Shown piece by piece: positions 1 through 9,649 of a stretch of DNA of 41,923 bases. Both the position numbers and the translations under genes were made by a program. Source of the DNA: Promethearchaeati archaeon. GTDB taxonomy: Archaea > Asgardarchaeota > Heimdallarchaeia > JABLTI01. The stretch lies in NCBI GenBank assembly GCA_013166835.1, contig JABLTI010000013.1, forward strand, positions 1 to 41,923, in the 5' to 3' direction. The notes under the pieces were generated by a model. That model ran no database searches, was not told the DNA's origin, and was given only the letters and a program-made list of their open reading frames with translations. Positions within the stretch are counted from its first letter, which is position 1. Each line of letters opens with the position of its first letter.

Positions 1-92
1 AACTAAAGCAATTTCTGTTTTTTTGTGTTGAATTCATACACGAAAAGCATATTAACAACATACTCTGTTGAAAACTCTAGACAAAGGAGTCT

Positions 93-872
93 TTGATAAA
101 ATTGGTAAATTATGATAAAGATTTCTTGAGAAAGTATCAAAAAGCCAGAGATGAAAAGGATTCCATCCTCTGTGCTGGTTTTGATCCAGCAATTCCCAAT
201 CAACGAGAGAAGAACACATTGTCCGAGAAATATTTCATGGACAATAAATCTGTTGAAGAAGGAATCATTGCTTTTTTTGAAGAATTTCTTGAGAGTGTTC
301 AAGATTATTGTTGTGTTATAAAACCGAATAATCAATATATATTCCACATGGGATTGAAATCATATCAAAAAATGAATAAAATGATTCATAACCAAGGATT
401 AATTTCTATTCTAGACCAGAAATTAGGAGATATTGGTTCAACAAATGATTCAGGTTTTTATTGGATGAATGAAATGGGATTCGATGCAGTTACCTATTCT
501 CCTTTTGCTGGTAATATTGCAGAGAGTTTGAATGCTGCGCATCAAGTGAAAAATGCAATTGTAGAAGGACAAAAGGGTTATGAGTTCATCGCAGGAAGGA
601 TGAAGGAGCTAAATGGTGATGGAATTGTTGTCGGAGCTACAGGACATGTAACAGCTGATGACCTTCAGAAAATCAGAGAATTAGCAGGTAATGATGTAGT
701 CATGCTTATTCCTGGTATAGGCAAACAACAAGGGGACCTCGAGAAAGTAATTCATTTTGGAGGAGAAAATGTATTACTTAATGTTAGTCGAGCTATTTTA
801 TATTCAGAGAATCTGAAAGAAACTGCAAAGAAATACAATGATCAATTTAATGAGGTAAGAAAGGGAAAATAA
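93..872 (+). CDS. pyrF: Orotidine-5'-phosphate decarboxylase (apparently with an internal in-frame deletion)
   Basis: LCAGFDP, IKPN, catalytic DQKLGDIGST (DxKxxD), VVGAT, LIPGIGKQQG, NVSRAILY; GGAG at 86-89, start may be TTG 102. Confidence 0.9.
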   Translation: MIKLVNYDKDFLRKYQKARDEKDSILCAGFDPAIPNQREKNTLSEKYFMDNKSVEEGIIAFFEEFLESVQDYCCVIKPNNQYIFHMGLKSYQKMNKMIHNQGLISILDQKLGDIGSTNDSGFYWMNEMGFDAVTYSPFAGNIAESLNAAHQVKNAIVEGQKGYEFIAGRMKELNGDGIVVGATGHVTADDLQKIRELAGNDVVMLIPGIGKQQGDLEKVIHFGGENVLLNVSRAILYSENLKETAKKYNDQFNEVRKGK

Positions 873-897
873 TCAATTAGTTGGTTATTTCCCATAA

Positions 898-2490
898 TCA
901 CATTTCTCTTAAGAATTTTCTAAACATTGCTACATGAGTGAATGGTAGTGTTGTGATCTTACTTCTTCTTACATTACCAATTTCACTAATCTTTGCAGTA
1001 TGTTCCTTTCCATTAATTATTACTTTTGGTGAATTTATCTGACGTGATAAATTGCCTTTAAGAACAAATGAAACTGAGAATTTTTTATCTATATCCCATG
1101 ACATTTCTTTATCATCACTAGGTGCAAGCTCTGAAGGAAGGAACTCAGAAACTGTCAATCCACTTTCAATTTCATTTGTTATTGTACATGGTACTGAGGT
1201 GGAAGAAACGATTGTGCAAATATAGATGTTATCCTTGGGAGTTTTTTCAAGTATTTTTGAAATTGTACAGAATTCATCTTTTATTGGAATTGACAAGTCT
1301 GTTCTCCAAACTAAAGGAGATGGTTTAATGAGGTATTTTTGTAAGAACTTTGTTCCACTTTCAACATTTATTAGGCTTTGTTGTATGTTCATACCATAGT
1401 TTAAGCCAAAATCAATGAATTCCATTTCATCAGTTTTCGTTTCTTCTGTTAACTGCATTTCAGTTGGAATTAAATCTCTAATAAATAATTCATCTAAAGT
1501 TACTGGTAATAGGTTTAAGACTTCTGATGTGAAATAAGTACTGACTTTTCCATCTTCATCTGCTTCTCTCATTAATGAATTATAATCTTGAACTATGCGA
1601 ATTTCCTCTCCCTTTCGTATCATAATTGTTCTAGGAATTCTTTTTTCCAAAGTGTAAAATGCTTTTACTTCTCCACCTGGTGCGAGAGAAGAAGCTTTCC
1701 AAGTAAGTTTCAATCCATTTTCAACAAGTTCTTTTTTGTACTTTCCACCTTCTTTACAAATTACTTCTTTAATTTTGTAAAGGTAAGGTATAATGTCTGA
1801 AACAATTATATTGGTTAATTTATGCTCAGTTTCATTCTTAAATGACGCAATAAGATTATGTTCAAGAATAGTTTCAGAGGGAGTTATTTCTAAGTTTAAT
1901 TTGTCTTTATGTTCTACTCCACCACTATTCTGATAGGAGATTTTTCGGACTACGGTATTTGAAATAGGGGATTGATGTTTTTCGAGCATTTCATGTAATT
2001 TATCTTCTGACAATAGATGATCTGATCTTAAAGCAATCAAATTCGCTAAAACGTCAACCTCAATTGAAACTAAATCAGATGCTTCCACATGCTCAATTGT
2101 TACTCGAGATAGCTTTTCTAATGCTTGGGATGCTTTCTTAATTATTTGATAGGCTTCTTCTTCTCCGAGTTTGATTCCAAGTTTCTCAAAATATGTTGCA
2201 CACCAAACAGCCATTCTTCTGTCATTTATTGGAAGATTTGTTCTGTTTTGTATGAACAATTTTAGGGTTTTAGCTATTGAAAACAATGATCTTGCTTTGT
2301 GTTGCATAATTTGTTCATTATTGTCATCATATACTCTGACAACTGCTTCAATCACTTCGAAATTATCCTTTTCACTAATTGGGGTGACTGAAAGAGACAG
2401 ACTTGCTATGCCTGGAAATTTGGTGATTTCAGCTTCTTTGTCTATTGGTTCACTCATTTCTAACACCATTACGTCCTTACGTCTTAACAC
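898..2490 (-). CDS. Hypothetical cytoplasmic protein with 2-3 DUF11-like beta-sandwich modules
   Basis: Repeated N-x5-L-x4/5-D-x-IP pattern (NETEHKLTNIIVSDIIP; NLLPVTLDELFIRDLIP) and LTWKASSLAPGGEVKAFY; no signal peptide; likely start 2457. Confidence 0.6.
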   Translation of the reverse strand: MLRRKDVMVLEMSEPIDKEAEITKFPGIASLSLSVTPISEKDNFEVIEAVVRVYDDNNEQIMQHKARSLFSIAKTLKLFIQNRTNLPINDRRMAVWCATYFEKLGIKLGEEEAYQIIKKASQALEKLSRVTIEHVEASDLVSIEVDVLANLIALRSDHLLSEDKLHEMLEKHQSPISNTVVRKISYQNSGGVEHKDKLNLEITPSETILEHNLIASFKNETEHKLTNIIVSDIIPYLYKIKEVICKEGGKYKKELVENGLKLTWKASSLAPGGEVKAFYTLEKRIPRTIMIRKGEEIRIVQDYNSLMREADEDGKVSTYFTSEVLNLLPVTLDELFIRDLIPTEMQLTEETKTDEMEFIDFGLNYGMNIQQSLINVESGTKFLQKYLIKPSPLVWRTDLSIPIKDEFCTISKILEKTPKDNIYICTIVSSTSVPCTITNEIESGLTVSEFLPSELAPSDDKEMSWDIDKKFSVSFVLKGNLSRQINSPKVIINGKEHTAKISEIGNVRRSKITTLPFTHVAMFRKFLREM

Positions 2491-2673
2491 TAAATGTTAC
2501 TTTTATATTAAATTTAGTTTTGAAGCACAAATACCATTAGATTTTTTGAGATTAAATCTTTTGAGGTATGAACAATTCTAAGTAAATTGCTTTCAAAAGA
2601 TTAATTTAGTATAACCACAGATTAAAAAACTCGTAAAGATATTTTTACAGTATAGATATCTTAACGTTGTGGA

Positions 2674-5600
2674 GTGAAACGTATGCTGTATGCCATAAAA
2701 CACGCATTAAGAGGGATCAGTCGTCGAAAACTGAAAAACCTCATAAATACTGTAGGCATACTAATTGGAGTTTCACTTTTAGCTGGCGTGCAAATAGCTA
2801 CTGATTCTCTTGTTAATGCTATGCAAGAAACTGTGAGTTTGCGGTATGGTAATGCAGACATAGTTATTCAAAAAGGTGAATATATACCTGAATTTTTTGA
2901 ATATAGCGTTTATCAACAATTAAAATTAGATTGGGAACTGATTCCCTATATAGATGGAATCGCCCCGAGAATAACGTCACAGGTTATAGCTATTTCGTCT
3001 GCAACGGAACAAACAGAACCTTTTGTAACGATTATTGGAATAGATGAAACATTAGATGAACCTTTTGGACAGTTAATACCGGATGATACTTTTGGGAATA
3101 ATAATTTTGAGTTCAATGATCTAGAACTTCAGTATAGTGGAGATATATTACTATCCGCTGAGTGCGTAATTGGTAATCTTTTAGCAGAAGATATCATTGA
3201 CTTCGATGAAGAAGACGAAGGATTAGTTATGCCTAATGTAAATCTAATGTCAATTCTCTACACAAATGTTAGTGGATTGTTAAATACCGAGACATTGAAT
3301 GTTAAAGGAATTGCTAAAGTTGAAGGCAAAGGTGTGATTAACACTGGGTATGTAATTTTTATGAAATTAAGCCATCTACAAGTACTATTCAAAACAACCA
3401 GTTTAGGTATAAACAATATCATTATCAGCACATCTAAAGGAAATGATAATGCTGAATTTGTTAAGAATCTTATTCATGAAAGATTGGCATTTCACTATGG
3501 GGAAGAAGGCGGGAAATTCCAAGTTGATCCTCAAAAATTAGAAGCATTTAGGGACATTGAGGATTCTATCAGTAATTTCCGAGTTGTTTTGTATGTATTT
3601 GGTTCATTAATTATCATTTCTGGTATAATGTTAATCATAAATATAACGTTGATGAATATTGATGAGAGACAACGTTCAATTGGTATTATGCGAGCTATAG
3701 GAATGACGCAAAGACAGTTACTCATATCTTTAATTACTGAAAGCATGGTTCTCGGAGGAATAGGATCCGTATTAGGTCTTGGCGGAGGGGTATTAAGTGG
3801 TCAAGGTATAATTTTCCTTTTGGAAAATTTTCTTGATATAGGTTCAATTTTAAAAGATATACCATTAATTATTCAACCTCGAGGATTTTTGATATCGTTT
3901 GCAATTGGAATAATCATTTCTCTTCTAGCAGCACTTTATCCTGCATGGAAAGCTTCGCGAATTGATATAGTAGAAACAATAAATGAGGTTGAAACACCGC
4001 AGGTTCGACGTAAAACCGGTAATTGGTCCATCATCCTAGGTATACTTTTGATTTTAGCGTCAATAGGAGCATTTGTAATATCACTTAAAATTGAGACATT
4101 ACCTGATTGGCGTTGGATGATATTCATAAGTAGTATACTGGGATTTCTCTTTGGATTAGGATTCACTTTATCAAGAATAATTGGCTCAAGAGTATCATTT
4201 AATGGATTTGCATTATCTTGGATGATAACTGGTTTACTTTCTGTATTATTACTGAATCCATTCATGAATAATATGGGAGTTGATGAGGAATGGGCTTTGT
4301 ATACATTCCTCATTGGAATGTTAGCATTAGTATTTGGAACGATAATCTTTATTGCTTTAAACCTAGAATGGATTTCAAATCGATTTAATGATGTCTTTCA
4401 ACAAATTAAGAAAATGCGTTCTATGGGAATTGTATCAATGCGTTATGTTGGGAAGAAACGAACCAGATCTGCGTTAACATTTGCAATCTTTGGTGTCATT
4501 TTAACTATGAATGTTTTTCTAGCTGTTTTCACTGGTAGTTTTACTTTGGGTTTCGATGATTTTGCTGAAAGAGAAGAAGGAGGAGTAAATATCATTGCGT
4601 ATTCACCTGGAATTGATCTTAGTTTTCTCAATATTACAGGAGATCCAATTGATATTATAACAAATGCAGATCCTAATGTAGAAAGAGTTGTAGGAATGAA
4701 ATTCAAACTTTCACTTTTAGGAGCATTTGCTAATCTGCGTTTTTCAGCAACGAACGAAACAACAACGATTACTGAAGAACTCCCTGTCCCATCAGATATG
4801 TGGGGAATTAATGAAGAATTTCTAGAGATGACTGAATATCCTTTCGAAAGTGTTTGGGACGGAATTTCCGGAGATCCATGGATAGCTGCTATGGATAGTA
4901 CAACAAATTACATTATTTTACCCAATCTTTTACAAGAATTTGAATTTGATGAGGGAGGAAAAACGTATGTATTAGATGTAGAGCTTGGCAGTAATATCAC
5001 CGTACCTGAGTCGGTTAATCCAGTTACTCTAGAAGTGACCTTAGGTAACTATACTGTAATTGCTTTCGTGGAGACAACATCCTACTCAATGTTGTTTTCA
5101 AGTTATCTCTTTGTAAGTGAAAACTCTACTATTTTCCAAGATATTAATGAACCCTCTGCATATCTTGTACAAACCAATCCAAGATTATCTACAGAAGAAA
5201 ATTTAGAAGTAAGTAGAAATATAGAAGCAGAATTACTTGGTTTCGATACTTTGTGTATTAGAGATAGAATGGAATCCTTTATGGAAATTGTCACCCAATC
5301 AGTGAGTTTCATGCAAGCGTTTGTTTCACTTGGTCTTGTAGTTGGTGTTCTGGGTTTAATTGTGGTTTCACTGCGTGGTATTACTGAAAGAACTAGGGAA
5401 ATTGGAATGATGCGAGCATTAGGGTTCCAAAGATCAGAGGTGATAACTGCTGTTGTTTTGGAGATTTTTGCAGTAGCATTTGTGGGTTTGGTGATTGGCT
5501 TTGTGAATGGATTCATTCTTGGGTATGGTATGTATACACAATATTTGGTTGAATTTGACTTCAAATTTATTATTCCTTGGGCAACACTTGCTCTGTTCAC

Positions 5601-5697
5601 TTTTGTTACCATTGTACTTTCTATTATTGCAGCTGTTTTACCTGCAAGACGAGCTTCGAAAATACCCCCAAGTGAAGCCTTACGTTATACTGGTTGA
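2674..5697 (+). CDS. FtsX/MacB/LolE-family ABC permease (two FtsX repeats)
   Basis: Two copies of ER..IG.MRA.G plus AA(L/V)(Y/L)PA..AS motifs, two large extracytoplasmic loops, C-terminal ALRY. Confidence 0.9.
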   Translation: MKRMLYAIKHALRGISRRKLKNLINTVGILIGVSLLAGVQIATDSLVNAMQETVSLRYGNADIVIQKGEYIPEFFEYSVYQQLKLDWELIPYIDGIAPRITSQVIAISSATEQTEPFVTIIGIDETLDEPFGQLIPDDTFGNNNFEFNDLELQYSGDILLSAECVIGNLLAEDIIDFDEEDEGLVMPNVNLMSILYTNVSGLLNTETLNVKGIAKVEGKGVINTGYVIFMKLSHLQVLFKTTSLGINNIIISTSKGNDNAEFVKNLIHERLAFHYGEEGGKFQVDPQKLEAFRDIEDSISNFRVVLYVFGSLIIISGIMLIINITLMNIDERQRSIGIMRAIGMTQRQLLISLITESMVLGGIGSVLGLGGGVLSGQGIIFLLENFLDIGSILKDIPLIIQPRGFLISFAIGIIISLLAALYPAWKASRIDIVETINEVETPQVRRKTGNWSIILGILLILASIGAFVISLKIETLPDWRWMIFISSILGFLFGLGFTLSRIIGSRVSFNGFALSWMITGLLSVLLLNPFMNNMGVDEEWALYTFLIGMLALVFGTIIFIALNLEWISNRFNDVFQQIKKMRSMGIVSMRYVGKKRTRSALTFAIFGVILTMNVFLAVFTGSFTLGFDDFAEREEGGVNIIAYSPGIDLSFLNITGDPIDIITNADPNVERVVGMKFKLSLLGAFANLRFSATNETTTITEELPVPSDMWGINEEFLEMTEYPFESVWDGISGDPWIAAMDSTTNYIILPNLLQEFEFDEGGKTYVLDVELGSNITVPESVNPVTLEVTLGNYTVIAFVETTSYSMLFSSYLFVSENSTIFQDINEPSAYLVQTNPRLSTEENLEVSRNIEAELLGFDTLCIRDRMESFMEIVTQSVSFMQAFVSLGLVVGVLGLIVVSLRGITERTREIGMMRALGFQRSEVITAVVLEIFAVAFVGLVIGFVNGFILGYGMYTQYLVEFDFKFIIPWATLALFTFVTIVLSIIAAVLPARRASKIPPSEALRYTG

Positions 5698-5787
5698 AGA
5701 TTCTTGCTGTTAGGAGAATTCGAGAAACACTTATTATTTAAGAGGTTATTCTTTTTGTGATTATTCACTGGGTGTGAAAAGACCAAA

Positions 5788-6255
5788 TTGGCATTAGAAA
5801 CTGTAGAAGAACTGATAATATTTGTCGATTTAGACAACTTCAAAGAGATATCAGAAAAGCAAGGTTGGGTAACATTCAAACCAAATGAAATTACTGGAAC
5901 TCTAACTGAATTAATTTCTAATTTTATTAGAAAGCATGTTGGAGAAGTAATTTATGGTCTAGATGAGAAAAGAGGAACTGAAGAATGCATGTTACGTTTG
6001 ACTGGAGCTTTGTTACATGAAGTTATTGTTTCCGATTTAGAGTATATTGCTAGCAAAATACGGGAAACCGGTTTTGAGTGTGGGTGTGAAGCTTCTGTAA
6101 GTATAGGGGTTTCTAGAGGTCCTTATACACCCATAAGACCAACAGGTCCCTATCAGTGGTCGAAAAGATTATTTAAGGGACAAGCACAAAGACTCGCACA
6201 TAAAGCTTTGAAAAAAGCTAAAAAACAAGGTGGAAACAGAATCGTTTTCTTATGA
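5788..6255 (+). CDS. Stand-alone GGDEF-like (class III nucleotide cyclase/palm fold) protein
   Basis: FVDLDNFKEI, RGTEE at the GGDEF hairpin position, VSIGV, AHKALKKAKKQGGNRIV. Confidence 0.75.
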   Translation: MALETVEELIIFVDLDNFKEISEKQGWVTFKPNEITGTLTELISNFIRKHVGEVIYGLDEKRGTEECMLRLTGALLHEVIVSDLEYIASKIRETGFECGCEASVSIGVSRGPYTPIRPTGPYQWSKRLFKGQAQRLAHKALKKAKKQGGNRIVFL

Positions 6256-6283
6256 TTTTGGTCATACTTGGATCTGTTTGAAA

Positions 6284-6925
6284 ATGAATCAAACTTTTGT
6301 GAAAAAAGCAACCACCCGAAGTAAAAGGAAGGGTTTTCTTGTTGATATGCATATTCATACAAATTACTCTATTGATTCAGCTTTTACTTTAGAGGAAACT
6401 CTTATAGAGTTGGATGGGGTTGTGGATGCTTTAGCTATTACTGATCATGATTCTATGGGGAACTTTTCCAAAGAGATCTTGCAAGGATTGGAATCAAAAT
6501 ATCATTTGAGGATTTTTTCAGCATCAGTTGAAATTTCTACTACTCAAGGGGATATTTTAGCATATGGTATTACAGCAGTTCCATCGCAAAATCTGAGACC
6601 TGACGAAGTAATTGAGATTATTCATTCAGAAAATGGTTTAGCAGTTGCTGCTCATCCATTTGCATTACTTGGTTTAGGAGATTTGATTTATGACCTTGAA
6701 CTAGATGCTATAGAGATAAATGGATCGAGATCAAAACACACTAACGATTTAGCGAAGGAAGCAGCTGAATCAATGGGATTACCATGTATTGGTGGTAGTG
6801 ATTCTCATAACAGATTTCATGTTGGCACTTGTGTAACAGAATTTCCTAAAAGAGTTGATTCCATAAAGGAAATTATTGATTTTGTTAGAAAAGGGAAATG
6901 TACACCTGTATTTATGCAATATTAG
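6284..6925 (+). CDS. PHP-domain metal-dependent phosphoesterase
   Basis: DMHIHTNYSID, AITDHD, AAHP, GGSDSH; ATG 6284 preferred over 6230 (avoids overlap with upstream gene). Confidence 0.9.
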   Translation: MNQTFVKKATTRSKRKGFLVDMHIHTNYSIDSAFTLEETLIELDGVVDALAITDHDSMGNFSKEILQGLESKYHLRIFSASVEISTTQGDILAYGITAVPSQNLRPDEVIEIIHSENGLAVAAHPFALLGLGDLIYDLELDAIEINGSRSKHTNDLAKEAAESMGLPCIGGSDSHNRFHVGTCVTEFPKRVDSIKEIIDFVRKGKCTPVFMQY

Positions 6926-6942
6926 GAAATAAGGGTAGAATT

Positions 6943-8103
6943 TCATTCTTTAATTATCATCGTATCAATCATTTCATCAGTAAATTTATTTCTTCTCTCT
7001 TGATGTTCTTCTACAAATGTTTTTACTTTTTCAGCCAAGGTTTTCTTGCATTGACCACAGAGTAATTTTCCTGAGAGGCAGTTTGTTCTCATTTCTTCAA
7101 TTTTCATATCATCCGGTTCAAAGAGATAATACTCATACCAGTAAACATTGCATTTATCTGGTTCACCACCAAGTTTTCTCTGTTCTTCAACTGTAGCTCG
7201 ACCACCAGTATATGAACGCATAATTTTCTTACTAGCAGATTTTGGTGTATCAGTAGTAAAAATACACGAATCTGGTTCTGATGCTGACATCTTTCCTCCT
7301 TCTGCTAATCCCGGGAAGAACTTACAATGAATCGCTGCTGGCTTATAGTAACCAAGTTTTGGTGCAACATCTCGAGTTATCCTCCAATATGGATCTTGAT
7401 CTATTGCTGCAGGAATTAGTATTGGGATTTTTTTTCCTTTTAGTTTAGAAGGAAGGAAACAAGGCATTGCTTGAATTGAGGGATAAAAAATCATACCAAC
7501 ATTGGATTCATTTGTGAAACCAAAAACAGCTTTGGCTGTTGAAAAAGTGGTTCTTTTGGCGACTTCAACAGCTATTTGATACATGGTTGGAGTTAATTGA
7601 GAATCAAAAATGAAGTGAGTTTTTTTAGGATCAAACCCAACAGCCATAACATCTTTAGCATTTTCGTAAGCATAATCCTTTGTTTCTTGAAAAGTTAGTT
7701 TTTGACTGAACAGGAATTTTTCATCATCAGTCATTTGGAAATAAAGTTCAACATCGAAAATATCTTGTAGCCATTTTGTGAAAATCCATGGTACTAAATG
7801 ACCAAGATGTGTATGACCTGATGGACCTCTTCCAGTGTAGAGTGCGAATTTCTCTCCTTTTTCCAATTGCTTTAGAATCCAATCAAAATCTCGATGACTG
7901 AAGAATAATCCTCTTCTTAATAAGAGATGCAATTTACCTTTACTGTATTTATCAATAACAGCGATTTCTTTTTCTGTTAATAGGGTTGTCCCGAATTTTT
8001 TAACCAATTTCTTATAATCAATTACACCACTTACTTCCCAAGGTGTGACAACCATTTCTTTGGATATCTTACTTTTTTCTTCAGGCATGATTATTTCCTT
8101 CAA
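6943..8103 (-). CDS. trpS: Tryptophanyl-tRNA synthetase (archaeal/eukaryotic type)
   Basis: VTPWEV, LYTGRGPS..HLGH, AIDQDPY, KMSAS; probable start 8088. Confidence 0.97.
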   Translation of the reverse strand: MKEIIMPEEKSKISKEMVVTPWEVSGVIDYKKLVKKFGTTLLTEKEIAVIDKYSKGKLHLLLRRGLFFSHRDFDWILKQLEKGEKFALYTGRGPSGHTHLGHLVPWIFTKWLQDIFDVELYFQMTDDEKFLFSQKLTFQETKDYAYENAKDVMAVGFDPKKTHFIFDSQLTPTMYQIAVEVAKRTTFSTAKAVFGFTNESNVGMIFYPSIQAMPCFLPSKLKGKKIPILIPAAIDQDPYWRITRDVAPKLGYYKPAAIHCKFFPGLAEGGKMSASEPDSCIFTTDTPKSASKKIMRSYTGGRATVEEQRKLGGEPDKCNVYWYEYYLFEPDDMKIEEMRTNCLSGKLLCGQCKKTLAEKVKTFVEEHQERRNKFTDEMIDTMIIKE

Positions 8104-8250
8104 AGATTCCGAGTAATTATAGATATCTAGAAGATTTCTTCTAATTTAAAAGTCTTTCAGCAACTAGAAACATTACAAGATAAAATAAAGAATATTTGAG
8201 AATTCTAAAGCAATATAATCGAAAATTGAAATAAGAGGATGAAAAACTAT

Positions 8251-8823
8251 TTAGGTTGCTTCTTCTGTTTCTTCCTCGACTTCACCGAGTATGATACCAG
8301 AATCATCAGAGCTTTGAGCTGCAATTTCATCGGGATCTCCGGTTTCTTTAAACCATTCCCCTCTCATATCAATAGATTGTTCCTCTTTAATTAGAGCTTT
8401 TCTCTCATGTATCTTATCCATTCCATCATACCATTTATCCATCTTTTCGGATCTAGCGACCTTTTCTGCTCTTCGATTTTTAATCTCTGTTGGGGAGAAT
8501 TTCCATCGAAGCCATTCGCCAAATTTCATATTGTGTGGTTCGAGAATATATTTTCGAACAAAATACTGCACTCCCATAATCTGGGCGAATACGACAATAA
8601 CTCCTACTCCTATTGTAAGATACAAATTTACAGTAGCACTTGTACCACCTCGTGTTATAACTAAATACATTGCAACTGGAATTACACCAATTGCTAGCAT
8701 TAGAAAAGGAATCCCTATTAGGATAAATATTCCTTCTATCAAGTAGAACATAACTACATAGATAAAATCACCGAAACTACCGCCTCTGTGTTTCTTCTCG
8801 GGTGGAACATAAGTCAAAGTCAA
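8251..8823 (-). CDS. Hypothetical membrane protein (2 TM hairpin, acidic C-tail)
   Basis: Two hydrophobic stretches followed by a charged helix and EVEEETEEAT tail. Confidence 0.7.
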   Translation of the reverse strand: MTLTYVPPEKKHRGGSFGDFIYVVMFYLIEGIFILIGIPFLMLAIGVIPVAMYLVITRGGTSATVNLYLTIGVGVIVVFAQIMGVQYFVRKYILEPHNMKFGEWLRWKFSPTEIKNRRAEKVARSEKMDKWYDGMDKIHERKALIKEEQSIDMRGEWFKETGDPDEIAAQSSDDSGIILGEVEEETEEAT

Positions 8824-8928
8824 TCACATATGAGATTTGTTATATGAACTTTAACTTCGTTATTTATAAGCTTGTGTTTAATTACAAAAATAGAACAAAA
8901 AATTCGAACAGGTCATTATCGATATTAT

Positions 8929-9468
8929 TTACCACCAAACATCTTTCCAACCCATCGTATATCCCACTGCATTCGCTGCAAAATGGAGTACTAATGCTAA
9001 GGGAATTATAATTACCCAATAAGTCCACGGAAAAGCAGTATCTATTCTTGCAAATGCTAATCCAAATACAATGAAACCAATTTGGTCTATTACAATAAGT
9101 GATCCACCTGAAGGAATGTTTAATCTTCTCTTAATAAAAGATCCAACAACATCTCCTGTAACCGCTCCGAAGCTTTGTAAGAATCCATTGGTTAATGGAA
9201 CAATAAAAGGCACATCAACTATATTCGTGAACCACCATGAAACAAATATCCCTAGCAAGAATCCTCCTAGAAAACCGGCAGCAAATCCCCTCATTGTTTT
9301 ATTGTTTCCAAGGATTCGTCTTCCATCAAACCAGTTCTTTCTAAAATCCATTGGTAACCCCCCTCCAAATAACATTGGAGTTGTATTTGATAAGAAAGCT
9401 GGAAGAACAAAAAATATTGCATTAAGAACCTCTGATTCAATTAAGAGTTCAAACCAGGATGGAATCAT
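8929..9468 (-). CDS. carS: CDP-archaeol synthase (CDP-2,3-bis-O-geranylgeranyl-sn-glycerol synthase)
   Basis: PAFLSNTTP, DGRRILGNNKT.RG, GDVVGSFIKRRL, IDQIGF, C-terminal KDVWW. Confidence 0.93.
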   Translation of the reverse strand: MIPSWFELLIESEVLNAIFFVLPAFLSNTTPMLFGGGLPMDFRKNWFDGRRILGNNKTMRGFAAGFLGGFLLGIFVSWWFTNIVDVPFIVPLTNGFLQSFGAVTGDVVGSFIKRRLNIPSGGSLIVIDQIGFIVFGLAFARIDTAFPWTYWVIIIPLALVLHFAANAVGYTMGWKDVWW

Positions 9469-9649
9469 TTTTCAAACACTTTAAGGAGTTTTTATGTGTA
9501 TAATGCCTATTGAACGAGAATTATAAACTATTAAAATTTTCTCATGTTAAACAATTCTAGAAAATAGCTAAAGTAGTTAAAATACTTTAATATCAATATT
9601 TAGTGAGAGAAAACAGTTTATCAAATAGATAGGAGAACAGCACCTACCA

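Noticed and set aside
5103-5612. Antisense shadow ORFs (also 2171-2581, 3936-4313, 9071-9484, 30514-31011 and similar)
   Set aside because: They lie opposite well-supported genes and show no recognisable motifs
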